Source of the DNA: Candidatus Omnitrophota bacterium | GTDB lineage: Bacteria; Omnitrophota; Gorgyraeia; Tantalellales; Tantalellaceae | Length of the DNA stretch: 59,091 nt | Assembly (NCBI GenBank): GCA_035403965.1 | Contig: DAONGE010000008.1 | Coordinates: 1-59,091, forward strand | Direction: 5' to 3' | In this document: in pieces, positions 27,898 to 35,147 of the stretch | Position numbering within the stretch: the first letter of the stretch is position 1 | Layout: each line of letters starts with the position of its first letter | Notes under the pieces: model-generated | Seen by the model: only the letters and a program-made list of their open reading frames with translations | What the model was told of the DNA's origin: nothing | The model's database searches: none | Position numbers and translations under genes: made by a program

Positions 27898-28762
27898 AGA
27901 AAAACTCGACGAGAAAATATTTGTTATAACGACCGAGATCGGGCCGCCTAAAGGCGTGTCTATGACGGGAATAATCGAAGAACTTAAATCCGTACGCGGA
28001 AGAGTAGACGCTGTGAACGTTACCGATCAACAAAGTGCGGTAATGAGGCTCGGTTCTATTGCGGCCAGCAAGACGCTTCTTGATAACGGATATGAACCGA
28101 TATGCCAGGTGACATGCCGCGACAGGAACCGGATCGCGCTTCAGTCTGATGTCTTGTCGGCCGGGGTGCTGGGGATAAAAAATATTCTTGTTATGACGGG
28201 CGATCATCCTCTTTTAGGCGATCATCCTGCCGCGAAACCGGTGTATGATCTTGATTCCGTTAACCTGCTGAGTGCCATAAAATCTTTGCAGGAAGGATAC
28301 GACCTTGCGGGCAAGCGCCTTGAAAGCGCGCCGTCTTTTTGTGTCGGCGCCGTAGTGAATCCCGGGGCGGAACCTCTTGAACCGGAAATAATAAAGATGG
28401 AGAAAAAAATAGAAGCCGGCGCTTTTTTCTTCCAGACACAGGCGATATTCGACATAAAAAAATTCGAGATATTTCTCAACAGTATCTCTCACTTTAGGGA
28501 CAAGATACGGCTCTTGGGTGGAATAGTACCGATAAAATCCCTAAAAATGGCGCAGTATATGAACGATCACATACCGGGTGTTTTTATACCTGAAAGTATT
28601 ATGCAGAGACTTGAGAAGACGACCGATATAACGGAAGAATCCGTCGCTATCGCGGCGGACCTTATGTCGGCTCTCCGCGAGAGATGCGACGGTATTCATT
28701 TTATGCCTATCCGTGCAAATCATCTTGTAGCGAAAGTTTTGGACAAATCCGGCGTCAGGTAA
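27884..28762 (+). CDS. metF: Methylenetetrahydrofolate reductase
   Basis: MetF family, 292 aa (TEIGPPKGV, NVTDQQSAVMR, VMTGDHP). Overlaps the folD stop. Confidence 0.8.
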   Translation: MKTFKEKLDEKIFVITTEIGPPKGVSMTGIIEELKSVRGRVDAVNVTDQQSAVMRLGSIAASKTLLDNGYEPICQVTCRDRNRIALQSDVLSAGVLGIKNILVMTGDHPLLGDHPAAKPVYDLDSVNLLSAIKSLQEGYDLAGKRLESAPSFCVGAVVNPGAEPLEPEIIKMEKKIEAGAFFFQTQAIFDIKKFEIFLNSISHFRDKIRLLGGIVPIKSLKMAQYMNDHIPGVFIPESIMQRLEKTTDITEESVAIAADLMSALRERCDGIHFMPIRANHLVAKVLDKSGVR

Positions 28763-28792
28763 TTTTTCCTTCCACCGGGAAAGGACCATCCC

Positions 28793-29608
28793 ATGAATAA
28801 GGATAAGTTCACCGTACTAGATTTCAGAAAAAAGAAAGAAACCGGCTCAAAAATTACTATGCTTACGGCATATGATTACTCGATGGCTAAACTCATAGAT
28901 GCTTCCGGGGTTGACGCGATTTTAGTCGGAGATTCCCTGGGGATGGTCGTGCTCGGATATGATTCCACGGTGCCGGTCACGATGGAAGACATGATACATC
29001 ATACAAAAGCAGTGCGCCGCGGGACGGAAAGGGCTTTTCTTATAGGTGATATGCCGTTCATGTCATATCAGGCGAGTGACGAAGAGGCGATAAGGAACGC
29101 CGGGCGTTTCGTGAAGGATGCGGGATGTGACGCTGTAAAAATAGAATGGTGTGAACACGCGCCCGGCCGGGCACAGGCAATATATCGGTCCGGGATATCT
29201 GTTATCGGGCATGTCGGCCTTACGCCTCAGACCATCGGCCAGCTTGGCGGATATAAGGTGCAGGGGAAAGACGCGGAGTCCGCGTCGCATCTGTTAGATA
29301 GCGCTCTCGCGCTGGAAAAAGCGGGATGTTTCGCTATCATACTTGAATGCGTGCCGGTCGAACTTTCAAAAAAAATAACGGCGAGATTAAAAATACCCAC
29401 TATTGGCATAGGCGCGGGATCTGACTGCGACGGGCAGGTGCTTGTTACATATGACATCGTCGGATATTTCGATAAATTCGTTCCGAAATTCGTAAAACAG
29501 TATACGAATGTCAATTCGGCTATTACGGAGGCATTACGGTCATTCAAAAAAGAAGTTGAGACCGGTGCTTTTCCGGATGACGCGCATTCGTTCCATTCCG
29601 GGAAGTGA
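28793..29608 (+). CDS. panB: 3-methyl-2-oxobutanoate hydroxymethyltransferase
   Basis: Motifs MLTAYDYSMAKL, LVGDSLGMVVLGY and GHVGLTPQ. Confidence 0.95.
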   Translation: MNKDKFTVLDFRKKKETGSKITMLTAYDYSMAKLIDASGVDAILVGDSLGMVVLGYDSTVPVTMEDMIHHTKAVRRGTERAFLIGDMPFMSYQASDEEAIRNAGRFVKDAGCDAVKIEWCEHAPGRAQAIYRSGISVIGHVGLTPQTIGQLGGYKVQGKDAESASHLLDSALALEKAGCFAIILECVPVELSKKITARLKIPTIGIGAGSDCDGQVLVTYDIVGYFDKFVPKFVKQYTNVNSAITEALRSFKKEVETGAFPDDAHSFHSGK

Positions 29609-29611
29609 TAT

Positions 29612-30766
29612 ATGGACGTAAAAAAGACCTGCAAGGAAACTTTAGAAAAAGTTATGTCGCTGGGAGCGCGGAAACCAAAACGTATATTTATCGCCGCTAC
29701 CAAACAGAATGTCGGTAAGACCACGGTCTCGCTCGGGATTGTTTCGGTTTTTAAGGAGCATTTCGAGAGGGTGGGTTTTATAAAACCGGTAGGCCAGCGT
29801 TACCTTATCGAGAATGGTTTTAAAGTGGATGAAGACGCTGTACTCATGCAGAGAATATTCAATTTTGGTTTTGCGATAAAGGATATGTCCCCGATAGCGG
29901 TGGAGAAAGGATATACTGAGCGTTTTATCGACGGTGCTATTGCGGGAGATCTTTCACAAGAGATACGTGATTCTTTCTCGCGCATAAGCGAGCAGTCTGA
30001 TGTCGTTGTCATCGAAGGTACGGGACACGCGGGAGTGGGGTCCGTGTTTGACCTTTCCAACGCCCAGGTCGCGAATATGCTTGATGCGAAGGTCATTCTG
30101 GTTTCGTCAGGAGGTATAGGTAATCCGATAGACGAAGTGATGCTTAATAAAGCGCTTTTTGACAAATATAACGTGAAACTTGCCGGTGTCGTTGTTAACA
30201 AGGTAAAAGCCGATAAATATGAAAAGATCGCCAGTTATGCACGGCGAGGTCTTGAGCGGCTCGGAGTGAACGTTATAGGCGTTTTGCCGTATTTTGATAC
30301 TTTAGACGCGCCTACTTTACAAGATATACGTGAAGAACTGGATATGCATGTGATATGCGGCGAACAGTACCTTTCAAGGCAGATGAAAAAAATACTGGTC
30401 GGTGCCATGGAAGTAAAGGATGCGGTACAGTATTTTGAGGATGATTGTTTGATGATAACTCCCGGTGATCGGCTTGATCTAATCACGTTATTCATGAAAA
30501 TGCATACGGGACGATATAAAATAAAAAGGCATATGACGGGCATTGTGTTGTCCGGAGGGATAAATCCTCCGAGACGTATCTTTAACATGCTCCGGGAAGC
30601 GGATATTCCGACGCTTGTCAGCAGGTACAATACATATGAGGTCGCGGCGCGTATACACGATCTGAGCGTGAAGATAAAATCGCGCGACAAAAATAAGGTG
30701 AAATTAGTTGTGGATATGGCCCGGCAATATATAGATTTTGAGCAGGTACTGAACGCGCTTTCCTGA
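29612..30766 (+). CDS. BioD-like P-loop + DRTGG domain protein (resembles the N-terminal regulatory region of long phosphotransacetylases, no Pta catalytic domain)
   Basis: P-loop IFIAATKQNVGKTTVSLG; DRTGG-type segment ITPGDRLDLI; 384 aa. Confidence 0.6.
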   Translation: MDVKKTCKETLEKVMSLGARKPKRIFIAATKQNVGKTTVSLGIVSVFKEHFERVGFIKPVGQRYLIENGFKVDEDAVLMQRIFNFGFAIKDMSPIAVEKGYTERFIDGAIAGDLSQEIRDSFSRISEQSDVVVIEGTGHAGVGSVFDLSNAQVANMLDAKVILVSSGGIGNPIDEVMLNKALFDKYNVKLAGVVVNKVKADKYEKIASYARRGLERLGVNVIGVLPYFDTLDAPTLQDIREELDMHVICGEQYLSRQMKKILVGAMEVKDAVQYFEDDCLMITPGDRLDLITLFMKMHTGRYKIKRHMTGIVLSGGINPPRRIFNMLREADIPTLVSRYNTYEVAARIHDLSVKIKSRDKNKVKLVVDMARQYIDFEQVLNALS

Positions 30767-30798
30767 TCCGGTCCGGATATAAAAATAAAAGAGGTTAT

Positions 30799-31878
30799 AT
30801 GAGAGTAGCAGTCGCGATGTCGGGCGGCGTAGATTCAAGCGTCGCCGCGATAGAGCTGAAAAATAAAGGATATGATGTTATAGGGCTTACGATGAAGACA
30901 TGGCCGACCGAGGAGTGCGGTGCGGCTGGTGAAAAGCTGTGCTGTTCGCTCGAGTCGATACAGTATGCACGCAGTGTGGCGGAAGACCTGGATGTTCCGT
31001 ATTATGTGGTAAACCTTTCGGAAGAATTCGCACGGGAGGTCACCGGATATTTCGCCGAAGAGTACGCTAAAGGGAGAACCCCGAATCCGTGTGTTTTCTG
31101 TAACAGTAAGGTTAAATTCGGACATTTGCTTTCAAAAGCCAGACAGATCGGTGCCGAGCGTATCGCTACCGGGCATTATGCGCGCATAGTGAATAAAGAC
31201 GGCAGGTATTTTATCGCTGAGGCGGTGGACCGCAAAAAAGATCAGACATATTTTTTATACGATATTGCTAAGGACGCACTTTCTTTTATTGATTTCCCGG
31301 TCGGTGAATACACAAAGGATCAGGTAAGGGCCATCGCTAAAAAGAACGGTTTTATGTCGGCGAACCGTGAGGAAAGCCAGGATATTTGTTTCGCGACGGC
31401 GGACGGCGATTATAGGAAGTATCTTGCGAAAATAGGGGTGAAAGCCTTTACTCCCGGAAATATAGTGGATATGTCCGGTAAGGTCGTCGGAAAACACGAG
31501 GGGATCGCGTCGTACACCATCGGGCAACGCAAAGGTCTCGGGGTCGCGATGGGCGAGCCGGTTTATGTCCTTAAGATCGATACCGTGAAAAATGTTGTTG
31601 TCTTAGGTCCCAGAGAACACGCGATGCGTAAGGCCGTGCGCCTTAAAGGGATGAACTGGTTCATAGACGAGAGCGAATACTCAAAACCTTTCGAAACAAT
31701 GGCCAAAATAAGATACGCTACTCCGAAAACAAAAGCGGCCGTTACGGTAAGAGAGAAAGACGATGTGCTCGTTGAGTTTGCCGAGCCGCAATTCGCGCCG
31801 ACCCCGGGCCAGGCCGCGGTTTTTTATGACGGGGATCTGGTGATAGGCGGGGGATGGATAGAGGAAGTGGTTGGGTAG
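30799..31878 (+). CDS. mnmA: tRNA 2-thiouridine(34) synthase
   Basis: PP-loop VAVAMSGGVDSSVAA, plus NPCVFCN; 359 aa. Confidence 0.95.
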   Translation: MRVAVAMSGGVDSSVAAIELKNKGYDVIGLTMKTWPTEECGAAGEKLCCSLESIQYARSVAEDLDVPYYVVNLSEEFAREVTGYFAEEYAKGRTPNPCVFCNSKVKFGHLLSKARQIGAERIATGHYARIVNKDGRYFIAEAVDRKKDQTYFLYDIAKDALSFIDFPVGEYTKDQVRAIAKKNGFMSANREESQDICFATADGDYRKYLAKIGVKAFTPGNIVDMSGKVVGKHEGIASYTIGQRKGLGVAMGEPVYVLKIDTVKNVVVLGPREHAMRKAVRLKGMNWFIDESEYSKPFETMAKIRYATPKTKAAVTVREKDDVLVEFAEPQFAPTPGQAAVFYDGDLVIGGGWIEEVVG

Positions 31879-31956
31879 GAAGTTTTTTAAAGTGTCATGT
31901 ATCATGTTTTATGTGTCCGGGGTCAGGGGTGGGCAGGTCAATTGCACGGTGCAAGA

Positions 31957-31985
31957 TTGACAAAGTAGTCATATTCCCATATAAT
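31957..31985 (+). promoter_or_regulatory. Consensus sigma70 promoter for tRNA-Met
   Basis: TTGACA (31957-31962), 17-nt spacer, TATAAT (31980-31985), about 20 nt upstream of the tRNA 5' end. Confidence 0.7.
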
Positions 31986-32005
31986 GATTCGGAATTTTAC
32001 ACTGT

Positions 32006-32082
32006 GGCGGGGTAGCTCAGCTGGTTAGAGCATACGGCTCATACCCGTAGTGTCGGTGGTTCAAGTCCACTCCCCGCTACCA
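32006..32082 (+). tRNA. Elongator tRNA-Met (anticodon CAT), CCA encoded
   Basis: Hand-folded cloverleaf. Acceptor GGCGGGG/CCCCGCT; D arm GCTC-AGCTGGTTA-GAGC. Anticodon arm TACGG-CTCATAC-CCGTA; 5-nt variable loop. T arm GGTGG-TTCAAGT-CCACT; discriminator A; CCA. There is no 1-72 mismatch and no GGG/CCC anticodon stem, so it is not an initiator. The sequence closely resembles bacterial elongator Met tRNAs, but Ile2(CAU) is not formally excluded. Confidence 0.85.
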
Positions 32083-32110
32083 CTTATCCTCGAATTTCGA
32101 ATCTCGAATT
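32075..32110 (+). repeat. Direct repeat copy 1 (tRNA 3' end plus TCGAAT-rich flank), att-like
   Basis: CGCTACCACTTATC (32075-32088) followed by CTCGAATTTCGAATCTCGAATTTC. It recurs at 32214-32250. Confidence 0.7.
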
Positions 32111-32213
32111 TCTTCCCCCAAATTGTTTATTATTAGTCCTTTAATCCGTGTGCGTATGATTTCCATAGCCCTGTATTTTGCGGAGGTCAAATGATCCCAA
32201 TCCCTCGAAATAA

Positions 32214-32250
32214 CGCTACCACTTATCTGCTATTCTCGATTTTCGATTTA
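32214..32250 (+). repeat. Direct repeat copy 2 (duplicate of the tRNA-Met 3' end), att-like
   Basis: CGCTACCACTTATC (32214-32227) is an exact 14-nt match to the tRNA 3' end. It is followed by TGCTATTCTCGATTTTCGATTTAC, which resembles the flank of copy 1. Confidence 0.7.
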
Positions 32251-32347
32251 CTCCCGGTTAGAATTTCAGTTTTTTGATCCAAATTTAATTAGGAGTTAGG
32301 GGATGGGAGTTTGGAGAGGGAACGTTTCAAACTTCAACTTCTTTAGA

Positions 32348-32490
32348 GCGTCCGGCCGGGGGATCCGAGTACTGGAACGATTTGCCGTTATCCGATTAAA
32401 AATAATTTACGCTACGGCGCGAGTCAAACACCGGGAGATCAGAAATGAAAAGGCAAATTGTGAAGCACGCAGGATCTCCCGGCCGGACGC
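32348..32490 (+). repeat. Stem-enclosed conserved core element, copy 2
   Basis: 19-nt arms GCGTCCGGCCGGGGGATCC (32348-32366) and GGATCTCCCGGCCGGACGC (32472-32490) pair completely, with one G32361-T32477 wobble. An inner stem pairs GATTTGCC (32379-32386) with GGCAAATT (32452-32459). The apical 65 nt (32387-32451) match 250-314 at all but about 7 positions. Confidence 0.7.
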
Positions 32491-32497
32491 GCAGAAA

Positions 32498-32526
32498 TTG
32501 ATTTATTCCCGGTTTGGTGTTATACT
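32498..32526 (+). promoter_or_regulatory. Candidate promoter with extended -10, immediately 3' of repeat copy 2
   Basis: TTGATT (32498-32503), 17-nt spacer, TATACT (32521-32526) preceded by TGT. The box TTCCCGGTTTGGTGTTATAC resembles 420-440 next to copy 1. Confidence 0.5.
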
Positions 32527-32581
32527 GAATCCCAAGACCATGGTTTTTACCGTTCAGTACTTATCAAGGTAAAAGAGGTGG

Positions 32582-33088
32582 TTGGTGGAAGTGACAAGAT
32601 CTCTCAAAAGATTCGGGTTACTTTCCTCACCGGAACAGGGGTTGTCCGAAAGATCCCCCCAGGATGAGGTTGTGGATATTCGTTTCCATGACCTTGAAAA
32701 TAAAATAGACGCTCTCAAAAAATGGTTCTCAGGGATAGACCTTGAGAAAGCCCGTATCGATCTCATTAAAGAACAATACGACAATAAACTAAGTTCCATA
32801 CAGGAAGAAATGTCCTCGCGCATAAGATGCATCGAAGAAACCCTTTGTAAAATTGAACATATGAATGAAAGATATCGCGAATGGGAAGAGGTCCTGCGCG
32901 CTTTTTTGGGTGAAGTCATTACCCTCATCAATGAAAAGAACGCCAGGATAGAAAAGCTAGAGAGCGAAAGATCCCAGAGAACTTTGTCGCGAGACGATGA
33001 TAGCATCTCATCCGATCTAAAAAAGATATTCCCTTCAGGTTCCTCAAGCGCGATCCTTTCCGAACTATTGGCAGAATATAAAAAATAG
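32582..33088 (+). CDS. Hypothetical coiled-coil protein
   Basis: 168-aa ORF with heptad-rich E/K/L composition. AGAGGTGG lies upstream. The start is ambiguous (TTG 32582, GTG 32585 or GTG 32591). No recognisable family. Confidence 0.45.
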   Translation: MVEVTRSLKRFGLLSSPEQGLSERSPQDEVVDIRFHDLENKIDALKKWFSGIDLEKARIDLIKEQYDNKLSSIQEEMSSRIRCIEETLCKIEHMNERYREWEEVLRAFLGEVITLINEKNARIEKLESERSQRTLSRDDDSISSDLKKIFPSGSSSAILSELLAEYKK

Positions 33089-33156
33089 TGTCATGTGGCC
33101 CTCAACCAATGTTGCGGAGTGAGCCATGTGTTAAGTAATGCCAATCTCCCGATTTT

Positions 33157-33196
33157 GGAGAATTTTCTGACAATTTTGGCACCTGCGGAACACGCC
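33157..33196. repeat. Partial copy (left arm only) of the MITE-like element
   Basis: GGAGAATTTTCTGACAATTTTGGCACCTGCGGAACACGCC matches positions 4-43 with three mismatches. The hairpin and right arm are absent. Confidence 0.7.
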
Positions 33197-33409
33197 CTCC
33201 CAGGTATATCTTCTATTCGCCTGTTCGGAAGTTCTGCGCCCTTTAGAAAAATACCCTGTTATTTTTGAACTCCAGGCGTTTGATGCTTCGCTGAAGCGTA
33301 AAATATTTTTATCTTTTGCGGGTATTTTTCTTAAGTGCTCGAACATTCCGAACAGACTAATTGTCGATAAAGCGTTTTTAAGGTTTAAGTATATTTCCGA
33401 TCTTTTCCA

Positions 33410-33441
33410 ATGGCTACGGGGGACATGTCCCCCGTAGCCAT
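33410..33441. repeat. Perfect 32-bp palindrome related to the closing stem of the core element at 220-344, but without any insert
   Basis: ATGGCTACGGGGGACATGTCCCCCGTAGCCAT. Its half-site, TGGCTACGGGGGACATG, matches TAGCTACGGCGGGCATG (222-238) at 14 of 17 positions. Confidence 0.8.
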
Positions 33442-33557
33442 GCAGGAACAACTTTGTACTCAAATATTTAACGACGAGAAACAGCACGTATGACACAAAA
33501 AGACAATCATCAGTTTTGTATTTAAGTGTGAATGATCTGTGTGCTACAAGTTGGGGA

Positions 33558-33836
33558 CTATTCGTCGTAGTAGCCGGGTTTTCGATTTTTGTGTTTGCTC
33601 TGAAGTTCATATAATCGCTGAAGCTGTTTCAGGTAGCTTTCGTTATTGTCGTTCCAGATGCCGTTGTTTTTGTACATCGTGACTTTGCCGGTTATGTTAT
33701 TCACGAGTACGTCCTGTTTTTTCCCTCCCGGGACATTTAAGGTTTCTTCTCGATCTAAAAGAAATATCGCGTATGCGTTTGAAGAAAGGAACGTTGCGAT
33801 CAGGATAGCCGTTAACAAGATATGTTTCGCTTTCAT
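33558..33836 (-). CDS. Small secreted hypothetical protein (92 aa)
   Basis: ATG at 33836 gives MKAKHILLTAILIATFLSSNAYA, a signal peptide. The ORF-track start at 33872 is a TTG that coincides with a -35 box. Confidence 0.45.
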   Translation of the reverse strand: MKAKHILLTAILIATFLSSNAYAIFLLDREETLNVPGGKKQDVLVNNITGKVTMYKNNGIWNDNNESYLKQLQRLYELQSKHKNRKPGYYDE

Positions 33837-33843
33837 GGAACAA

Positions 33844-33872
33844 ATATTATCATCGAATCCATGATTTTTCAA
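33844..33872 (-). promoter_or_regulatory. Candidate promoter placing the TSS at or next to the ATG of the small secreted protein gene (leaderless candidate)
   Basis: On the minus strand: TTGAAA (33872-33867), 17-nt spacer, TAATAT (33849-33844), then 7 nt to ATG 33836. No Shine-Dalgarno is present. Confidence 0.4.
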
Positions 33873-33943
33873 TAGGTATTAGGGAAAAACAAAACGACGA
33901 GAAATATATGGATTAGCGTAAAAAATAGTTAGAAATAAAGTAA

Positions 33944-33971
33944 TTGACAATATTAAGGAAAGTGCTATAAT
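33944..33971 (+). promoter_or_regulatory. Consensus sigma70 promoter of an orphan short transcription unit
   Basis: TTGACA (33944-33949), 16-nt spacer, TATAAT (33966-33971). Confidence 0.6.
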
Positions 33972-34056
33972 AAATTTAGCCGATAAAAAAGTTAAAAGTG
34001 GCTGTATTTAGAAAGACCAAAAAGACCGAATTTGAAGTGGATGCAGGAAGGTGTGA

Positions 34057-34108
34057 AAAAGATCCCGTTTCCTCAATGCGGGGGCAGAGAGGAGGCGGGA
34101 TCTTTTTT
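34057..34108 (+). terminator. Strong intrinsic terminator about 130 nt downstream of the 33944 promoter
   Basis: AAAAGATCCCGTTTCCTC (34057-34074) pairs with GAGGAGGCGGGATCTTTT (two G-U pairs) around a 14-nt loop. A run of six T follows (34103-34108). Confidence 0.7.
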
Positions 34109-34274
34109 ATTCCTTTAAGATAATTCAAAGACACTGCTACATACAATTAAGAACCGCTTTCCCAAAACCTTGTTCCAGGTAGCTTCATACTTAGATCGCA
34201 AACGCGATAATTTTCAAAAAATGGAACTTTTTTACGATAATCATTGTCTAAAATTGCAAAGGACGGAGGTTTCT

Positions 34275-35039
34275 ATGATTACTTACTTATTGAAGGGCAA
34301 AACATTTAAGGTTTTGATTTTAATGTTGGTTTTGGTATTTTCAGTTTCAGCGAATTTGTCCGCTTATGCCGATAGAGGTCATGGGCATGGTCCAGGTCCT
34401 GGTCCATGCGGTCCGGGACCTGGTTGGGGACCTGGACCGGGGCCTGGTTGGTTCTGGTTCGGGGCGGCAATGACCGCAGTAGCTGTTGGCACTGTTCTTG
34501 CTTCGATCCCGCCGCGTAGTACTGTTGTTGTGGTGGATGGTGTTTCGTACTATTATTACAACAATGTATATTACCGGACCTGTTCAGGCGGATATGTTGT
34601 GGTAAACGCACCGGTAATTCCCGTGACCTGTCAGCCTGTTATTGTCAACGGTGTTACCTATTATAATGTCAATGGAGTGACTTATGCGACTACACCCGTA
34701 GTCGCGCAGCCGGCTCAAGTGATCATTACAGATTCCGCGGTGCCTGTGCAGACGGTTCAGACAGTGACTACGCCGGTACAAACTGTTCAAAATGCACAGG
34801 TAGTTCAATCGCAAACTGTTCAGACACAGCAGACTAGTCAGCCGACTCAAAATGCCGCTGTTCAGTCGGTAGAAGTAAAAGCGTCGACGGATTCTTTTAC
34901 GGTAAATGTCCCGAATTCACAGGGAACATATACGCCGGTGACTTTGAAAAGATCCGGGAGCGGTTTTATTGGGCCGCAGGGTGAGTATTATACGGAATTT
35001 CCAAGTATCGAACAATTGAAAGCCATGTATACAAAATAA
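34275..35039 (+). CDS. Secreted/membrane hypothetical protein with Gly-Pro-rich and Q/T/V-rich low-complexity regions
   Basis: GGACGGAGG RBS precedes ATG 34275. Signal peptide MITYLLKGKTFKVLILMLVLVFSVSANLSAYA. Then GHGHGPGPGPCGPGPGWGPGPGPGW, a hydrophobic helix, YYYYNNVYY, and VQTVQTVTTPVQTVQNAQVVQSQTVQTQQ. Confidence 0.55.
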   Translation: MITYLLKGKTFKVLILMLVLVFSVSANLSAYADRGHGHGPGPGPCGPGPGWGPGPGPGWFWFGAAMTAVAVGTVLASIPPRSTVVVVDGVSYYYYNNVYYRTCSGGYVVVNAPVIPVTCQPVIVNGVTYYNVNGVTYATTPVVAQPAQVIITDSAVPVQTVQTVTTPVQTVQNAQVVQSQTVQTQQTSQPTQNAAVQSVEVKASTDSFTVNVPNSQGTYTPVTLKRSGSGFIGPQGEYYTEFPSIEQLKAMYTK

Positions 35040-35044
35040 AAATG

Positions 35045-35074
35045 ACGCCCCCGAAGTTCAGACTTTGGGGGCGT
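35045..35074 (+). terminator. Stem-loop terminator candidate after the 34275 gene (no U tract)
   Basis: ACGCCCCCGAAGT / loop TCAG / ACTTTGGGGGCGT: a 13-bp stem with one G-U pair. Confidence 0.5.
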
Positions 35075-35147
35075 TAAGCTGGTGGATGTTTGTATATCCC
35101 ACATTTCTGTCCGGATGAGTAAATTCAAAAATAAAATCAGATTTATG

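Noticed and set aside
24716-28762. Calling the organism an acetogen with a complete Wood-Ljungdahl pathway
   Set aside because: Only methyl-branch genes are present in the window. No CODH/ACS or corrinoid protein genes are visible, and the Fhs homologue has atypical active-site motifs.
32089-32112. TCGAATTTCGAATCTCGAATTTC microsatellite-like tract after the tRNA
   Set aside because: It has only three imperfect units. It is better explained as part of the duplicated att-like flank (see 32214-32250) than as an independent tandem repeat.
32303-32572. 89-aa + strand ORF downstream of tRNA-Met
   Set aside because: It covers repeat copy 2 (32348-32490) and the promoter-like box. Similarity to ORF 49-339 (AVIRLKIIYA.ARVK.REI.NEKAN) reflects the 65-nt core, and the frames diverge outside it.
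33131-33610. 159-aa minus-strand ORF
   Set aside because: It crosses the partial MITE arm, the 12-bp inverted repeat and the 32-bp palindrome, and it overlaps the 3' end of the better-supported 33558-33836 gene. There is no signal of a real start.
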